Origin: Octopus sinensis
Lineage: Eukaryota
DNA: 64,000 nt
Assembly: GCF_006345805.1 (NCBI RefSeq)
Contig: NC_043011.1
Span: 29,028,464-29,092,463 of the forward strand
Direction: 5' to 3'
Shown: in pieces, positions 26,261-39,492 of the stretch
Position numbering within the stretch: the stretch's first letter is position 1
Layout: each line of letters begins with the position of its first letter
Translations under genes and position numbers: made by a program
The notes under the pieces: generated by a model
Database searches by the model: none
What the model was told of the DNA's origin: nothing
Seen by the model: only the letters and a program-made list of their open reading frames with translations

Positions 26261-27722
26261 AGACTGTGATATATATCTGTAGTGAATCTTGCATGTATGA
26301 AGTGGATTCGATCCACCATTCTCAAATTTAAATTATCACTGCAGCAGAACTTTTCCCACGGTGGAACAATGGTATTTCTCTGACAGCAGTTTTATACTTT
26401 CCAGATGCCTTTAGCTAGGCCGAAATAATGTCTTCACCGTTTGACCCTTTCTAACCTCTTCTACTTCACTAAAAGCTAGAATAGAGATATCAAGACCACC
26501 AACTAAATCGATTGTTCTCAATGATATATCTAGCCTTCTGGATAGTTATATAAGCAAGCAAAAATCAGTAAGTCACTTTGGTGACAACTCGTGAGTTGAG
26601 AGAGAGCTATCATCAGTTAGTGAACCGATCACTAGAATCATAGAAGCAGGCAGACAAAATGGCCAGAGGGAAAAAGAAAGACAACGTCCCACACTGTCAC
26701 ACTCTCACTAGCTCCAATTCTGTTCTCTTACAACATCATTCTATCTCTCTCTGTAATTACTACTAAACAATGTAGAGGACACAAACACAAACTTAACTTC
26801 GCAGGCTTTTGGATTTATCATAACCTGCTCGTCGAGGCAAGGTATTGTAACGTAACGGTAAATAAACTTTTCCTTAAAACTTCATGCATTGTTCATCTTT
26901 CACATCCTACAGTAAACAATTATAACAACTTTTGATCGTTACAACTGCTGACTTGGACACATCATAATATTGTTTACTAATCAATTTCTGCCGTTACTTA
27001 TATATATATATATATCTTGGAGAATGTAACATTTAATATATGTGTGTATATATATATATCCTCCTCCCCAACTACGCTACAAGCATTGATTGTAAGAGTT
27101 TTCCGTTAGTGGTTTTGTTTTATAAAATATTGTATTTAGTAGTAAAATGGTTAATATTTCAATAATAATGTTTTACTTGTTTTACATAATTGTATCTTGA
27201 ATGTACCTCTATATTTCAACGAAACACGATATTACTTATTCCGGGCATCAATCAACCGGTCGTACATACACTGGTATATATACAGATATCACATGCCTGC
27301 GTGTGTGTATGCTCTATTTGTTCCCCACCACCGCTCGACAACCGGCCCTGGTTAGTTTTCATCTTTGTAAAAAATTGAAACCATTGTGTGTAATTTGAGG
27401 AAGATTTTGCTGTTATATCTAGCATGCCTAACGATCATGTAAGATGCTCTTTTGATGGCTCGTTTTGTGTAGTAAATGTATTACAGTAAATATCTTTATC
27501 GGTAAACTTTCAAATAAAACTGGAATTGTCTCCCTTGTTCATTTGCCGTTACTGTTGGATTAAACAAGGCTATAATTTTTAATTTTCGTAATATTTCAAG
27601 AATTTAAGCATTATCTTACTACACCATTGAATTAGAAATAATGAGTTGTAGTAGTTGAGTTCTAATATATATAATGAAATTTGATGAAAAATTAATATTT
27701 CAAGGTAATATTAGAGGCAATA

Positions 27723-27779
27723 TCAGTGAAGCTACAATGCAAATATCGTTTATATGAGATTTGTGAGCGCCAAAAAAAC
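27723..27779 (+). promoter_or_regulatory. Putative U1 proximal promoter (PSE region), conserved in all five array units
   Basis: TCAGTGAAG(C/T)TACAATGCAAATATCG at about -58 to -33, the canonical PSE position for snRNA genes. A 3'-box-like AAAAA(T/C)AGAC lies about 11 nt downstream of each gene. Confidence 0.55.
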
Positions 27780-27942
27780 ATACTTACCTGGCACAGGAGT
27801 AAACCATGATCATCTAGGTGGTTCTCCCAAAGTGAGGCCCTTCCATTGCACTCCGGTTGGGTTGACCTTTGCGATCGCCCCAAATGTGGGCGACTCGGGT
27901 GCGCTATTTCTAAGTGTGGGGTCTGCGTTCGCGCTCACCCCG
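27780..27942 (+). ncRNA. U1: U1 snRNA gene, copy 2 (array type)
   Basis: ATACTTACCTGGCACAGGAGTAAACCATGATCATCTAGGTGG...ATTGCAC...GCGTTCGCGCTCACCCCG; 163 nt. Confidence 0.96.
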
Positions 27943-29348
27943 TCATATAATCGAAAAATAGACTGTCCGACTACAGAAGTTGGAATTTCTCCTTTTGAAA
28001 GGGGTTTTCCAGGTCCTTTCTATTTTCATTTGTCTTTCAAATTATGAAAAACGTTTTGGCTGGGTTTTGTCATCTTATTTTCTCCAAGGCACCCGCGGAT
28101 TATGGTAAAAATCGATTTTCAGCCATAACTTTTACCAATTTCCATGTGAGTTAAGGCGAGAAACAAAAACAAAGAGTAAATTTTTAGATTAACACCCGCT
28201 CGATTTTCACCAAGAAAAAACTCGGACTTTTTGCGTGGAATCAAGTACCCTGACCTCATAATATGCTACAGATCACTTATTTTAGTTCGGTAAGGAAGTG
28301 GGGTGAGGGGACCCCCCCCAATCCCGGATCATTAGGAATTTTTTCTTTTCGTTGAATGAATTTCTGTGACCTGCTAATATGCTACAAAACCCTTTTTAGG
28401 GATAGAAAATCGGTGTGAGTTGGAAGCCTCGGAAATTCTAACCACTCTTATTTTACAGAAAAAAATTTCCAAAGTGAATTATATGGTTCGTTATTGAATA
28501 CAGTAGAGAATGTGATATTATATATATATATATATATCTTTTTTTCAACCATAACTTTTAGCAATTTTGATGTATTTTGTTCAAGCTCGATGCCAGCACT
28601 ACTGCGATTGCTTTAAGTGGTTGTTTTATAAAATATTGTATTTAGTAGTAAAATGGTTAATACTTCAATAATAATGTTTTACTTATTTCACATAATTTTT
28701 TCTTGAATGTATGTCTATATTTCAACGAAACACGATATTACTTATTCCGGCATCAAACAACCGGTCGTTCATACAGTGGACTGTGTTTAGCCCCTTGTGG
28801 GTAGTAAAGAAAGAGGTATCTATACTGATATCGTATACGTGCTTGCGTACGTGCGTGTGTTTGTGTGTGTGTTTGTGTGTGTATGCTCTACTTGTTCTCC
28901 ACCACCGCTTGACAACCGGCCCTGGTTAGTTTTCATCTTTGTAAAAGAAATAGAAACCATTGTGTGTAATTTGGGGAAGATTTCGTTGTTATATCTAGCA
29001 TGCCTAACGATCATGTAAGATGCTCTTTTGTTGGCACGTTTTGTGTAGTAAATGTATTACAGTAAGTATCTTTATCGGTGAACTTACTGAAATTGTCTCC
29101 CTTGTTCATTTACCGTTACTGTTGGATTAAACAAGGCTATAATTTCTAAATTTTATAATATTTCAAGAAATTAAAGCATTATCTTACTAAACCATTGAAT
29201 TAGAAATAATGAGTTGTAGCAGTTGAGTTCTAATATATATAATGAAATTTGCTGAAAAATTAATATTTCAAGGTAATATTAGAGGCAATATCAGTGAAGC
29301 TACAATGCAAATATCGTTTATATGAGATTTGTGAACGCCGAAAAAAAT

Positions 29349-29511
29349 ATACTTACCTGGCACAGGAGTAAACCATGATCATCTAGGTGGTTCTCCCAGA
29401 GTGAGGCCTTTCCATTGCACTCCGGTTGGGCTGACCTTTGCGATCGCCCCAAATGTGGGCGACTCGGGTGCGCTATTTCTAAGTGTGGGGTCTGCGTTCG
29501 CGCTCACCCCG
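29349..29511 (+). ncRNA. U1: U1 snRNA gene, copy 3 (array type)
   Basis: As copy 2, with three substitutions in the SL2 stem. Confidence 0.96.
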
Positions 29512-29924
29512 TCATATAATTAAAAACAGACATAATTAAGAAGAATTTTCCCGTAAATCAAATAAAGAATAGCGGCTCTCCGTCTACAGCTCTCGGTACA
29601 CAAACATTTTTTTTTTGTTAAATCCATTTGCACTTATTTTCCTACAGCCTTTCAACGGTCGTTGGCGCCCCTATCCCCTTATCATATATATATATTTTCA
29701 TGTTTATAATACATTAGCGTATAAAACTTAGATATGTTTCGACCAAAGATTGGTCCAGGTCATATCTAAATTACCAGCATCACCTGATAGGATTATCTTA
29801 ATCCTGTTCAAGTCAAGTTTTGTTTATGGTCCATTCAAGCAGTGAGTTTTTATTGGGTGAGTTGTTGGGTGGATTATCTGGTATTCCTTGAAGGAATCTA
29901 TCCAGACTCTGTTTAAAGTTGATG

Positions 29925-31645
29925 GGATCCTTTTACTCTTTGATCTCTTACGGTACTCCTCTTTGATCTCTTTCGGCATCCTCCTTTGATCGCTTTCGGC
30001 ACAATCTTTGATCTCTTTCGGCACCCTCTTTGAAATCTTTCGGGACTCTCTTCGATCTCTTCCGGCACCCTCTTTGATCACTTTCGGCACCCTCTTTGAT
30101 CATTTTCGGCACCCTCTTTAATCTCTGTCGGCACCTTCTTTGAGCTCCGTCGGCACGCTCTTTGTTCTCTTTCGGCACCCTCTTTGATCTCTTTCGTGAC
30201 CCTCTTTGATCTCTTTCGGTACCCTCTTTGATCTCTTTCGGTACTCTTTGATCTCTGTCAGCACCCTCTTTGATCTCTTTCGGCACCCTCTTTGATCTCT
30301 TTCGGCACTCTCTTTGATCTCTTTCGGGACTCTTCTTTGATCTCTTTCGGCACCATCTTTGATCTTTTTCGGGACCCTCTTTGATCTCTTTCGGTACCCT
30401 CTTTGATCTCCTTCGGCACCCTCTTTGATCTCTTTCGGCACCCTCTTTGATCTCTTTCGGTACCTTCTTTGATCTCTTTCGGGACTTCTCTCTGATCTCT
30501 TTCGGGAACCCTCTTTGATCTCTTTCGAGACCCTCTTTGGTGTCTATCGGCACCATCTTTGATCTCTTTCGGCACTCTCTTTGATATCTTTCGGGACTCT
30601 ACTTTGATCTCTTTCGGCACCATCTTTGATCTTTTTCGGGACCCTCTTTGATCTCTTTCGGTATCCTCTTTGATCTCCTTCGGCACCCTCTTTGATCTCT
30701 TTCGGCACCCTCTTTGATCCCTTTCGGTACCTTCTTTGATCTCTTTCGGGACTTCTCTTTGATCTCTTTCGGGAACCCTCTTTGATCTCTTTCGAGACCC
30801 TCTTTGGTGTCTGTCGGCACCCTCTTTGATCTGTTTCGGGACTCGTCGTTGATCTCTTTCTGCACCTACTTTGATCTCTTTCGAGACCCTCTTTGATCTC
30901 TATCGGTAACTTCTTTGATCTCTTTCGGCACCCTCTTTGATCTCTTTCGGCACCATCTTTGATCTCTTTTGGCACTCTCTTTGATCTCTTTCGGCACCCT
31001 CTTTGATCTCTTTCGGCACCCTCTTTGATCTCTTTCGGGACCCTCTTTGATCTCTTTCGGGACCCTCTTTGATCTCTGTCGGCACCTTCTTTGATCTATG
31101 TCGGCACCATCTTTGATCTCTTTCGGCACTCTCTTTGATCTCTTTCGGGACTCTTCTTTGATCTCTTTCGGTACTCTCTTTGATCTTTTCGGGACTCTTC
31201 TTTGATCTCTTTTTGGACTCCTCTTTGATCTCTGACGGCACCCTCTTTGATCTCTTTCGAGACTCGTCGTTGATCTCTTTCTGCACCCTCTTTGATCTCT
31301 TTCGGGACCCTCTTTGATCTCTTTTGGTATCCCGTTTGATCTCTTTCGGTATCCTCTTTGATCTCTTTCGGCACCCTATTTGATCTCCTTCGGTCGGCAT
31401 CCTCTTTGATCTCTTTCGGCACCTTCTTTGATCTTTTTCGGGACTCCTCTTTGATCTCTTTCGGGTCTCCTCTTTGATCTCTTTCGGCACCCTCTTTGAT
31501 CTCTGTCGGCACCGCCTTTGATCTCTTTCGGCACACTTTTTGATCTCTTTTGGGACTCCTTTTTGATCTCCTTCGGGACCCTCTTTGATCTCTGTCGGCA
31601 CCCTCTTTGATCTCTTTTGGGACTCTTCTTTGATCTCTTTCGGCG
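29925..31645. repeat. 22-bp minisatellite, consensus CTCTTTGATCTCTTTCGGCACC, roughly 75-80 degenerate units
   Basis: Contiguous tandem units with no unique spacers. A higher-order duplication with a 267-bp offset is visible (30351 vs 30618; 30481 vs 30748). Confidence 0.95.
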
Positions 31646-32199
31646 GATTTCATACATTTCGTTGTCTAGCCTATCACACGCCTGCATGACGCTGGGTTTT
31701 CCGCTGCCCTGCTGCTGCATAAACTTTCGGATAGTGCTCCATGCTCTCTGGGCATCTGCAAACGAAGCGTATTTCTCTTCCACAATTACCTCGTCGTCTT
31801 CACTTTCCACCATAACTTTCGTTATGCATTACCTCCTTTGCTATTTCTTCTAGAGTGAAACATGTCGGAAAATACAAGGGGCGGTAACTTGTATCAGATA
31901 TTACTAATGATACGAGGGGCCCGACAATAACGTTTTTCGCAGCATCGATAATCTCCTTCTTTTCCTTCAGCGTAAACTCAGTCCGCTTGCGTTTCTGAGC
32001 TGACATTGTGTGCTACTTTCTGCACTTTTCCACAAGATTACAAATACGAAATGTACAAAATGTCGGAGTACAAAATTTTGAAAAGTTGCGTGCGCTTCAG
32101 TTTACAAGTGGCATAGTAGCGAGAGTGGCATAGTAAAAATTTTTTGTTTATTATTTTGCCGGGACCGCGCAAAACTGGCATAGTCGCGAGAGTTGACTG
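31640..32199 (-). mobile_element. pogo/Tigger-like DNA transposon, internally deleted
   Basis: TA|CAGTCAACTCTCG terminus at 32199. The N-terminus MSAQKRKRTEFTLKEKKEIIDAAKN is CENP-B HTH-like, and the C-terminus ESEDDEV..SFADAQRAWSTIRKFMQQ is Tigger-like. The DDE core is missing. Confidence 0.75.
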
Positions 32200-34085
32200 T
32201 ATATATATTTTTTCAACCATAACTTTTAGCAATTTTGATGTATTTTGTTCAAACTTGATGCCAGCATTACTTAGGACTCATGGGATCTTCGGAAAAAAAT
32301 ATCGATAAACCGATTCCTTATGGGATTTCCCAATCAAATTGTCTGAAACCCATTTTCAGCCAAACGTTTACGAATTTCAACGGATTTCGCTCAAATTTGA
32401 CGTCAGTGTTACTTAGTTTGGCTTGAAACAAAGCGCTTGATAAGCTTAATGATTCTAACTTAATCTCCGGCAACGCCGGGCTATACTGCTAGTGTGCGTG
32501 TATTTTTAGTGGAAAAGGTGTGAGATTTGGTGTTGATTCTAGCATATCCGAAGACCACTCCCCCGAAAGTAACACAAACGTGGTCTTTTGGTGGGAAATA
32601 AGCAACAACAAGAAGAAGCAAAAGATGGGAATTAAAATTTTTTATCCCCCACCTCAATGTGTGTGTGTAAGGAAAAACTTTTTCTAATAGAAAAGTATAC
32701 TGTTAAAACGAATTATCTTTTACATGCCACTTTTTTGAAATCACTGTGTATAAGTGCAAGTAATGACCTTCCCAGGCTCTAAAATATTTTGTATTATGAA
32801 GAGAAACAATCGATGCTGGGCATTGGGATTGAAAAAACAATCATAAATTAGAAAAGAAGTTTTTATTGCGTAAATGTGTTTATGGAGAGAAAAATATTGA
32901 AATACATCAATACATGCGTGAGTGAAAAAGAAACGGCGCGGCTTGTCATAGGATGTGCTAGAAACAACAGCCAAATCTCCCTTAAATCACACACATTTTC
33001 TTCTGAGAATATTTACAATTTTTTTTTCTGCTGGAAAGGATCCCACCATAGTTTTACGTGCAAAGAAATTGGCCAAAATTAGTCCGGAGTGTGATGGTGA
33101 GGTTGGTGGGAGAGTAAAAAAAGAATTAATTTTGAACACGTATCTTCGTAAAAATATGCCCCTCCCCTATTAAATTCACGAAGAGCTTTGTTATACTGCC
33201 TGCTATCCAATGTGTCCCTTGAGATTGCCATCACCCCCTCCCCCCAATCCTCTTTTCAGTCTTATGCAGTAGATCCGTAAGTACTATACTCATCAAAGTG
33301 CCGTCTGAAGCGGGTCGCTACATTGCTTCCTCCCCAAATACGCTACAGGCATTGATTGTAAAAATCTTCGTCAGTGGTTTGTTTTATAAAATATTGTGTT
33401 TAGTAGTAAAATTTTTATACTTCAATGGAAATTTTGGATCTTTTCATGAAAATTTTTCTTTTACATAATTTTTTCTTGAATGTATGTCTATATTTCAACG
33501 AAACACGATATTACTTATTCCGGCATCAAACAACCGGTCGTACATACAGTGGACTGTGTTTAGCCCCTTGTGGGTAGTAAAGAAATAGGTATCAATATTG
33601 ATATCGTATACGTCCTTGCGGACGTGCGTGTGTTTGTGTGTGTATGCTCTACTTGTTCTCCACCACCGCTTGACAACCGGCCCTGGTTGTGTGTAATTTG
33701 GGGAAGATTTTGCTGTTATATCTAGCATGCCTAACGATCATGTAAGATACTCTTTTGTTGGTTCGTTTTGTAGTAGTAAATGTATTACAGTAAATATCTT
33801 TATCGGTAAACTTACAAATAAAACTGGAATTGTCTCCCTTGTTCATTTACCGTTACTGTTGGATTAAACAAGGCTATAATTTCTAAATTTTATAATATTT
33901 CAAGAAATTAAAGCATTATCTTACTAAACCATTGAATTAGAAATAATGAGTTGTAGTAGTTGAGTTCTAATATATATAATGAAAATTGATGAAAAATTAA
34001 TATTTCAAGGTAATATTAGAGGCAATATCAGTGAAGTTACAATGCAAATATCGTTTATATGAGATTTGTGAACGCCGAAAAAAAT

Positions 34086-34248
34086 ATACTTACCTGGCAC
34101 AGGAGTAAACCATGATCATCTAGGTGGTTCTCCCAAAGTGAGGCCCTTCCATTGCACTCCGGTTGGGTTGACCTTTGCGATCGCCCCAAATGTGGGCGAC
34201 TCGGGTGCGCTATTTCTAAGTGTGGGGTCTGCGTTCGCGCTCACCCCG
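34086..34248 (+). ncRNA. U1: U1 snRNA gene, copy 4 (array type)
   Basis: Appears identical to copy 2 by eye. Confidence 0.96.
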
Positions 34249-34688
34249 TCATATAATCGAAAAATAGACAGTCCGACTACAGAAGTTGGAATTGCGCCAT
34301 TCGACAGGGATTTTCCCGGTTCTTCCTTTTTTTCATTTGTCTTTCAAATTATGAAAGACATTTTGGCTGGGTTTTGTCAACTTATTTTCTCCAAACCACC
34401 CACGGATAGTGGTGAAAATCGATTTTCAGCCATAACTTTTACCAATTTCCATGTGAGTTAAGGCGAGAAACAAAAGCAAAGAGTAGATTTTTAGGTTAAC
34501 ACCCGCTCGATTTTCACCAAGAAACAACTCGGACTTTTTGCGTGGAATCAAGTACCCTGACCTCCTAATATGCTACAGATCACTTATTTTAGTTCGGTAT
34601 GGAAGTGGGGTGAGGGGACCCCCCGCCCCCGGAATTATTAGGAATTTTTTCTTTTCGTTGAATGAATTTCTGTGACCTGCTAATATGC

Positions 34689-36427
34689 AACCCTCACACA
34701 AACCAGATCACTGACGACCCCCAAGGAATGCGCAGAACTCATTGCCGAGTGCTATGCAAACATATTCACTGTTGAAAGTCAAAATGTACCATCTTCACCA
34801 TCTCTAACAGCAAATTCCATAACAACTATGGAATTTACACCTGCAATGCTGCGACGTCACCTTCAAAATAAGCACGACTATGTCTCCCCTGGTCTCGATG
34901 GAGTTACATACTTGCTTCTCAAACGTGGCAGGTACTTCCTTTTACACCAGCTTTCTATTTTCTTCCAGTACTGTCTCAACAATGGTGCTACTCCGGAGCA
35001 GTGAAAAACTGCCAGTGTCATTCCTCTGTTCCAAAAGGGCGACCGCTCATCACCTGTCAACTATCGCCCAGTCAGTCTCACTAGCAGTATTGCAAAACTG
35101 ATGGAATCGTGTGTCAGAGAAACACTTTGGAACTCCTGGAGCTCTCACAGTCTCATCCGACCCTCACAATATGGATTTATCCCTAACTCCAGCTGCAGTG
35201 ATCAGCTTATCGAGCTCCTTGAGGACATTACTCAGATCGCTGACAGTGGCTCATGGTTGGATGTTGTCTACCTTGACTTTGCTAAGACTTTCAACTCTGT
35301 GCCACACAAAAGGCTTATGGTGAAACTCTCTGCAATGGGTGTGAGGGATGACCTTTTTAATTGGTTGAAATCCTTCATTCTCAGCCGAAAGGAGGTTGTC
35401 ACAGTTCTAGGACAGCATTCTACACCATATGAGATGTCATCGGGTGTACCACAGGGATCTGTCCTTGGTCCCCTCTTGTTTGTGGCATACATTAATGACA
35501 TAGATGCCAATTTAAAGAATGCCACAGTATTGAAATATGCAGACGACATCAAGCTGTACCTTGAAATCAAGAGGACAGATCCTGTTGTCTACAGCTCTTT
35601 CCTGCAATCAGACCTGGACAAAATGCAGCAATGGATCACAGACTGGCAACTGAAACTGGCTGTGGACAAGTGTACCACCATGCATTTTGGGAGAAAAAAC
35701 CCTGCGTCCACATACTCCCTCCACAACACTGATATCAAGAAATCCTCTTGCGAGCGTCAGCAGTGATTTGCATCTCTGTCAGCAGTGATTTGCGTTGGAC
35801 AAAGCATATCTCTAAAATTGTCAAGAAGGCCGAGGGTGTCTTGGCATCACTCAGCAAGACTTTTGTTAGCCGCTCTCCAGCCATCTATTTAAAACTGTAT
35901 ACAGCTATGGTACGACCACACTTGGAATTCACATCATCAGTTTGGGACCCCTATCTTGCTCAGAACATTGACCTCCTGGAATCTGTCCAGAGACGTGCAA
36001 CCAAACGCATACCCTCCATCAGACACCTACCATATTCTGAGCGCCTTGTTTCCCTGGGCATGGATTCACTGAAGCTCCGGCGTCTGGCGACGGACTTGGT
36101 AAGCACGCACAAAGTTATCAACCACCTCACCAACAACAACACTGAACACCTTTTTGATCTCCATGTGTCTAACACACGTGGACATGCCTACAAAGTCAGA
36201 AAACAACACAGCTCCCATGACTTTCGGAAACAGTTTTTCACGCTCAGAGCTGCTGAAGCATGGAATAAACTGCCTGCGTCAGTTGTTGACTGCCATGACA
36301 CTGCATCCTTTAAGGCCCTCATGCTTTCCGAAATCCGCCGTAACTACACCTGATTATATATACACTTTAGATGAGTCGTAGTGCACCTGAGTACTGTACA
36401 CAATGTTTTATTATTATTATTGTTATT
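34689..36427 (+). mobile_element. 5'-truncated CR1-clade LINE (RT), copy 1
   Basis: KGDRSSPVNYRPVSLTS, QYGF, VVYLDFAK, SGVPQGSVLGPLLF, YADD, LLESVQRRATK, NTRGH; (TTA)n tail. The empty site is seen at 28371-28395. Confidence 0.93.
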
Positions 36428-36572
36428 AAAACCCCTTTTGGGGATAGAAAATCGGGGTGAGTTGGAAGCCTCGGAAATTTTAACCACTCTCATTTTACAG
36501 AAAAATTTTTTCAAAGTGAATTATATGGTTCGTCATTGAATAGAGTAGAGAACATGATATTATATATATATA

Positions 36573-36858
36573 CTAGCAGTATCGCCCGGCGTTGCTCGGG
36601 CTTGTAAGGGAAATAACTATATAACCATTTTTAGAGAGTTATAGCAAAAAAATGCATTAAAAATGGAAAAAAAAATGATGGTAAATTTTTTTAAAAATCG
36701 TTGACTCATCGTAGACATTTTTAGAGAGTTATTGCCCTTATATAATAGCGAAAAAAATGCATCAAAATGGAAAAAAATGATGGTAATTTTTTTTTTAAAT
36801 CGTAGACGCGCGCTAATACCCAGAAGGGCTCGATATGAATCACGACTATAAGATACCC
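36573..36858 (-). mobile_element. Non-autonomous Helitron, 5'-truncated
   Basis: Reverse-strand 3' end with hairpin CCCG..CGGG and CTAG|T; same element as 41328-41703. Confidence 0.7.
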
Positions 36859-38208
36859 TAAATTCGGCTGCTATTTCTAACAGCTCGGTTGAAGATAGTT
36901 GCCCAATGTCTGTGTTTGCTCCTTGTTTTCTGTTTCTCCAAAGACCCAACTGAACTCTCGTCTTTAACTTCAGCTGAACAGTTCCCAATCCCAAGAGTGC
37001 CCTGGTCGTGCAGACCTGATCAAAGGAGTTTATTTTTAACCAGACGTAAAGTAACCCTTTACTTCATAGAAATGTTTTATTTCTACGTGGGGGAAATTTG
37101 GTTACTATAAGTTTACATTGAAGAGACTTGGTCGTTGACAGGAGCCTCATAAGTTAACGCAGCGAACCATTTCATACGAGGCAACTAAATTCTGACCCCA
37201 CGTTGTTGGCTTGTCACCAGTAACCGATTTTCCTGTTGAAGCCTACAGTAAATTACCTTGTTGGGGAGGGGTTAAGCCAATTTTTTAGAACTTTTTTTTG
37301 AATTTTCATGCTGCAGTTTGCCGTAGCTATTCAAAGTAAATACAAGTGAATTGTCGCCTGTAGTGGTCTACTTTGAAAAAAAAAGTTTTTCAATGCTTCT
37401 AATTGTTTTGTAACGAAAAAAAAAAAAACGTAATTGTCTTTAAAATAATATACACCGTATATCGTTGAAAAATATTTCCTAAGCTTCAGTAGGGGCTCGC
37501 AATTAACTTAGTTTTTGCAATGTTGCGCCAATCAGCTCATTTTCATACGCAAGTCGCTGTAGGGTCGACTACCTACGACTGGCTAGCGCGGATGCGCGTG
37601 TGCGCAAACCGGGTCCAGTCTATGCGGCTAGTACCGCCTCTCCCCTGTTAAATTCACGAAGAGCCTTTTTATAGTGCCTGCTATCCAATTTATCCCTTGA
37701 GATTGCCATCCCCCCCCCCCAATCCTCTTTACAGTTTTATACAGTAGATCCGTAAGAACTATACTCATAAAAGTGCCGTCTGAAGCGGGTCGCTACATTG
37801 CCTCCTCCCCAAATACGCTACAGGCATTGATTGTAAAAATCTCCGTCAGTGGTTTGTTTTATAAAATATTGTATTTAGTAGTAACATTTTTATACTTCAA
37901 TAATTTTTTCTTGAATGTATGTCTATATTTCAACGAAACACGATATTACTTATTCCGGCATCAAACAACCGGTCGTACATACAGTGGACTGTGTTTAGCT
38001 CCTTGTGGGTAGTAAAGAAATAGGTATCTATACAGATATCGTATACGTGCTTGCGTACGTGCGTGTGTTTGTTTGTGGGTTTGTGTGTGTGTGTATGCTC
38101 TACTTGTTCCCCACCAACGCTTGACAACCGGCGCTGGTTAGTTTTCATCTTTGTAAAAGAAATAGAAACCATTGTGTGTAATTTGGAGAAGATTTCGTTG
38201 TTATATCT

Positions 38209-38535
38209 TTTAAAGACTCCGCCGGTTACGACGACGAGGGTCCCAGCTGATACGATCAACGGAACAGCTTGCTCGTGAAATTAACGTGCAAATGGCTGAG
38301 CATTCCACAGACACGTGTACCCTTAACGTAGTTCTCGGGGATAATCAGCGTGACACAGAGAGTGACAAGGCTGACCCTTTGAAATACAAGTACAACTCAT
38401 TTTTGCCAGCTGAGTGGACTGGAGCAACGTGAAATAAAGTGTCTTGCTCAAGGACACAACGCGTCGCCGGGAATCGAACTCACAACCTTACGATCATGAG
38501 CCGAATGCCCTAACCACTAAGCCACGCGCCCTCAC
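38209..38535 (-). mobile_element. Full-length tRNA-derived SINE (family B) inserted upstream of U1 copy 5
   Basis: Head GTGAGGGCGCGTGGCTTAGTGGTTAGG...GAGTTCGATTCCC; 11-bp TSD TTGTTATATCT at 38198-38208 and 38536-38546. It is absent from the other four units. Confidence 0.92.
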
Positions 38536-38904
38536 TTGTTATATCTAGCATGCCTAACGATCATGTAAGATACTCTTTTGTTGGTTCGTTTTGTAGTAGT
38601 AAATGTATTACAGTAAATATTTTTATCGGTAAACTTTCAAATGAAACTGGAATTCTCTCCCTTGTTCATTTACCGTTACTGTTGGATTAAACAAGGCTAT
38701 AATTTTTAAATTTCATATTTCAAAAAATCAAAGCATTATCTTACTAAACCATTGAATTGGAAATAATGAGTTGTAGTAGTTGAGTTATAATATATATAAT
38801 GAAATTTGCTGAAAAATTAATATTTCAAGGTAATATTAGAGGCAATATCAGTGAAGTTACAATGCAAATATCGTTTATATGAGATTTGTGAACGCCGAAA
38901 AAAT

Positions 38905-39067
38905 ATACTTACCTGGCACAGGAGTAAACCATGATCATCTAGGTGGTTCTCCCAAAGTGAGGCCCTTCCATTGCACTCCGGTTGGGTTGACCTTTGCGAT
39001 CGCCCCAAATGTGGGCGACTCGGGTGCGCTATTTCTAAGTGTGGGGTCTGCGTTCGCGCTCACCCCG
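38905..39067 (+). ncRNA. U1: U1 snRNA gene, copy 5 (array type)
   Basis: Appears identical to copy 2 by eye. Confidence 0.96.
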
Positions 39068-39492
39068 TCATATAATCGAAAAATAGACAGTCCGACTACA
39101 GAAATTGGAATTTCACCTTTTGACAGGAATTTTCCCGGTTCTTCCTTTTTTTCGTTTGTCTTTCAAATTATGAAAGACATTTTGGCAGAGTTTTGTCAAC
39201 TTATTTTCTCCAAGACACCCGCGGATTTTCAGTCATAACTTTTACCAATTTCCACGTGAGTTAAGGCGAGAAACAAAAACAAAGAGTAAATTTTTTAGAT
39301 TAACACCCGCTCGATTTTCACCAAGAAACAACTCGGACTTTTTGCGTGGAATCAAGTACCCTGACCTCCTAATATGCTGCAGACCACTTAATTTAGTTCG
39401 GTATGGAAGTGGGGTGAGCCCCCCCCCCCCAACCCGGAGTCATAAGAATTTTTTCTTTTCGTTGAATGAATTTCTGTGACCTGCTAATATGC

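Noticed and set aside
29725-29770. Hammerhead-like fold on the minus strand (AGATATG..GACC..GGTC GAAA CATATCT)
   Set aside because: It lacks the CUGANGA core and the UH cleavage site; at most a decayed remnant.
29925-31645. CRISPR-like array
   Set aside because: The units are contiguous with no unique spacers, there are no cas genes, and the context is eukaryotic. It is a minisatellite.
29824-31653. Many overlapping K/E/R-rich ORFs as genuine genes
   Set aside because: They follow automatically from a stop-poor 22-bp repeat open in all three frames; there is no splice or homology support.
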